Source: Octopus vulgaris
Taxonomy: Eukaryota
Assembly: GCA_951406725.2 (NCBI GenBank)
Contig: OX597814.1
Coordinates: forward strand, 15,810,001-15,874,000
Length of the DNA stretch: 64,000 nt
Direction: 5' to 3'
The first letter of the stretch is position 1, and every line of letters begins with the position of its first letter. Positions 62,311 to 64,000 of this stretch are shown here, piece after piece. The notes beneath the pieces are model-generated. The model did no database searches, was not told the origin of the DNA, and worked only from the letters and a program-made list of their open reading frames with translations. A program made the translations under genes and the position numbers.

Positions 62311-64000
62311 TCATATGTTGTGGTGTGCGCTATTGCTCCATTCTAGTTTTCTATTCAGGCTAGGTTTATTTTCTATTATATGTGTAGCTTCTGTAATTTG
62401 TCTAATTGTTGCATCTGTTCTATGTGTGGACAATATCTTAATCTCTATGTTATTGATTGATCCCCCGTGTTCTTGTTCGGCGTGTTGGTACAGAATCGAT
62501 GAGCTTTTACCTTCCTTGAGTTGTCTCCAATGGTCATTCACCCGCTCACCAATGCTTCTTGCAGTTTCCCCTACGTATGTTACTGTCTTGTTACTGCATC
62601 GTCCCTCTATACATCTTATACTATAGACCACATTTCTGGCTTTACAGTTCGTTTGTGGGCTAAATCTACATACAGTGCAATAGTTATCCGTACAGAGAGT
62701 TCTACTAAAAGGATAGCTTCTACCAATTATAGATCTGATAGGATTGCCTGGCTTTTCAACAACCTTAATTCTTAGTTTAAGTTTATCTAGGGTCCTTCTA
62801 AAGCGGTACGCTAGTTCACCTCCAGGGGTGGTGTCAACGAACATGACACTCTGGTATTTATGGCTATCATACCAAGAGTTGGCCTTCCCTATTTTCTTTT
62901 TTGTCCTTTCTATAGTGTTCCATGACTTGTTCCTATAGAGTGGGCAAATCCCATTCCTATCATTACATAATATATTATCAAATTTCTTCATGGCTCCTTT
63001 GTATACTCTGATCCTTTCTTTATGGCTGTAACCTGAGAACTGCATGCGGTGAATGAAATACTGTATGTGTCTCTTTAATTCTGTAGGCTCGCACATGCGT
63101 GACACATTTCTCATTATTCTGACGAGGTCTGCCATCAAAATATTGAATTTGGCATTGCCCGCAATGGCTGAGTTCCGGTGGATCAGGTATTTTGAGGCCA
63201 TAGGTTTTGCATAGTATGAATGAAGGATTTGGGTTTTATTTTTCACAATTTCTAGCCAGAGTTCAGTGTCTAGTACTGGTAGTCTATGGTTGGGGTGTTT
63301 AGTGGGGTAGTCTATTGTGACCTTAATACTCTGGTGGATGGAGTTAGCTATTTGCTGGATGCTCTCCATAGTATTAGTTTCTATTACTATATCAACAGTA
63401 CTCTCTTGTGGGGGTGCCTTTACTACTATATTGATATCATCAACATAGCGAGAGTACATGTTTACGAGTATGGATTTCTGCAGTAGGCATTCTTTAAGCC
63501 TTCTGTCCAACCATACCATGAAGAGGTTGGCCACATCACCAGCGATACTAACACCGATGGCTGCCCCCTCGTCCTGGGCATATATTTTATTATTAAATTT
63601 AAATGTGTGGCCTTTTAGGGTAACTCTTATACTAGCTCCTAGTGCATGTGCGATCATTTTCTTTACCTGATGGACATTTGCGGGGCTCCGTATGGCTCTG
63701 GTCCATCCGCGCCATCTTTCTATATGTGTCTTCCTAGCCATAGAAGTAATTGTAGGCGGTCTACCTCTTAAACATCTACTGGGGCAGAAACTACTAAGAT
63801 TATGTTTATCTAAGTATTCACTATTATATGTCAGTCTAAGTAGGAGGCCCAGTTCTTCTGTGTCGACATTACAGAACTCCACCTGGCTCTCGTTGATCAT
63901 CTCCACGCACTTCTCCACTGCAAAATCTACGTCAATCGATGGGTATAGGGATACCACATCCATGCTACCTACTATACATCCTGTCAAGTCACAAGTTTTG
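62311..64000 (-). CDS. Penelope-like element RT + GIY-YIG ORF, uninterrupted, continuing past the window edge
   Basis: SMDVVSLYP, G.AIG..IAG..ANLFM, RYVDD, LPVLD, Cys-rich linker, VVYSIRC..YVGET.RS..ER..DH, E..HI...PSLN; the frame is also open from 63988 to 64000 (KTCD). Confidence 0.9.
   Translation of the reverse strand, partial: KTCDLTGCIVGSMDVVSLYPSIDVDFAVEKCVEMINESQVEFCNVDTEELGLLLRLTYNSEYLDKHNLSSFCPSRCLRGRPPTITSMARKTHIERWRGWTRAIRSPANVHQVKKMIAHALGASIRVTLKGHTFKFNNKIYAQDEGAAIGVSIAGDVANLFMVWLDRRLKECLLQKSILVNMYSRYVDDINIVVKAPPQESTVDIVIETNTMESIQQIANSIHQSIKVTIDYPTKHPNHRLPVLDTELWLEIVKNKTQILHSYYAKPMASKYLIHRNSAIAGNAKFNILMADLVRIMRNVSRMCEPTELKRHIQYFIHRMQFSGYSHKERIRVYKGAMKKFDNILCNDRNGICPLYRNKSWNTIERTKKKIGKANSWYDSHKYQSVMFVDTTPGGELAYRFRRTLDKLKLRIKVVEKPGNPIRSIIGRSYPFSRTLCTDNYCTVCRFSPQTNCKARNVVYSIRCIEGRCSNKTVTYVGETARSIGERVNDHWRQLKEGKSSSILYQHAEQEHGGSINNIEIKILSTHRTDATIRQITEATHIIENKPSLNRKLEWSNSAHHNI

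Larger units (their letters stand above)
61600..64000 (-). mobile_element. Penelope-like element 2 (ORF plus 3' untranslated/pLTR region)
   Basis: Intact ORF followed by an AT-rich 3' region with an HHR-like motif; the 3' boundary is approximate. Confidence 0.75.

Overview
AT-rich, microsatellite-laden animal genomic DNA made almost entirely of transposable elements and their relics. The tRNA-derived SINE families and repeat landscape suggest an octopus or other coleoid cephalopod; this is inferred from pattern recognition, with no search run. No intact host gene, true tRNA/rRNA or CRISPR array is supported, and nearly all short ORFs in the track are translations of microsatellites or SINEs. 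Main contents: (1) two Penelope-like elements (RT + GIY-YIG), a C-rich copy at 52.9-55.0 kb with two frameshifts and a minus-strand copy at 62.3-64 kb open to the window edge; (2) a 3'-truncated R4/Dong-clade LINE and a non-autonomous element, both sitting in one (TAA)n tract at 27.7-31.7 kb; (3) CR1, RTE, RTE-X and Tx1/L1 relics; (4) a mariner with a nested rosa-type (DD40/41D) transposon, two mariner MITEs, Merlin-like, hAT-like and Tc1-like MITEs, and four non-autonomous Helitrons; (5) about 40 SINE copies built from shuffled modules. The most striking structure lies outside the ORF track: about 14 minimal type-I hammerhead ribozyme (HHR) motifs read by eye. They include an apparently intact U3-A8 covariant core, U6-type cores, and three back-to-back (divergent) HHR pairs, one of them a 465-bp palindrome. 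Two clear locally templated insertions (DNA-repair or template-switch scars) and a six-copy self-nested SINE array inside a single TSD are also visible. All folds and alignments were done by eye and need computational confirmation.
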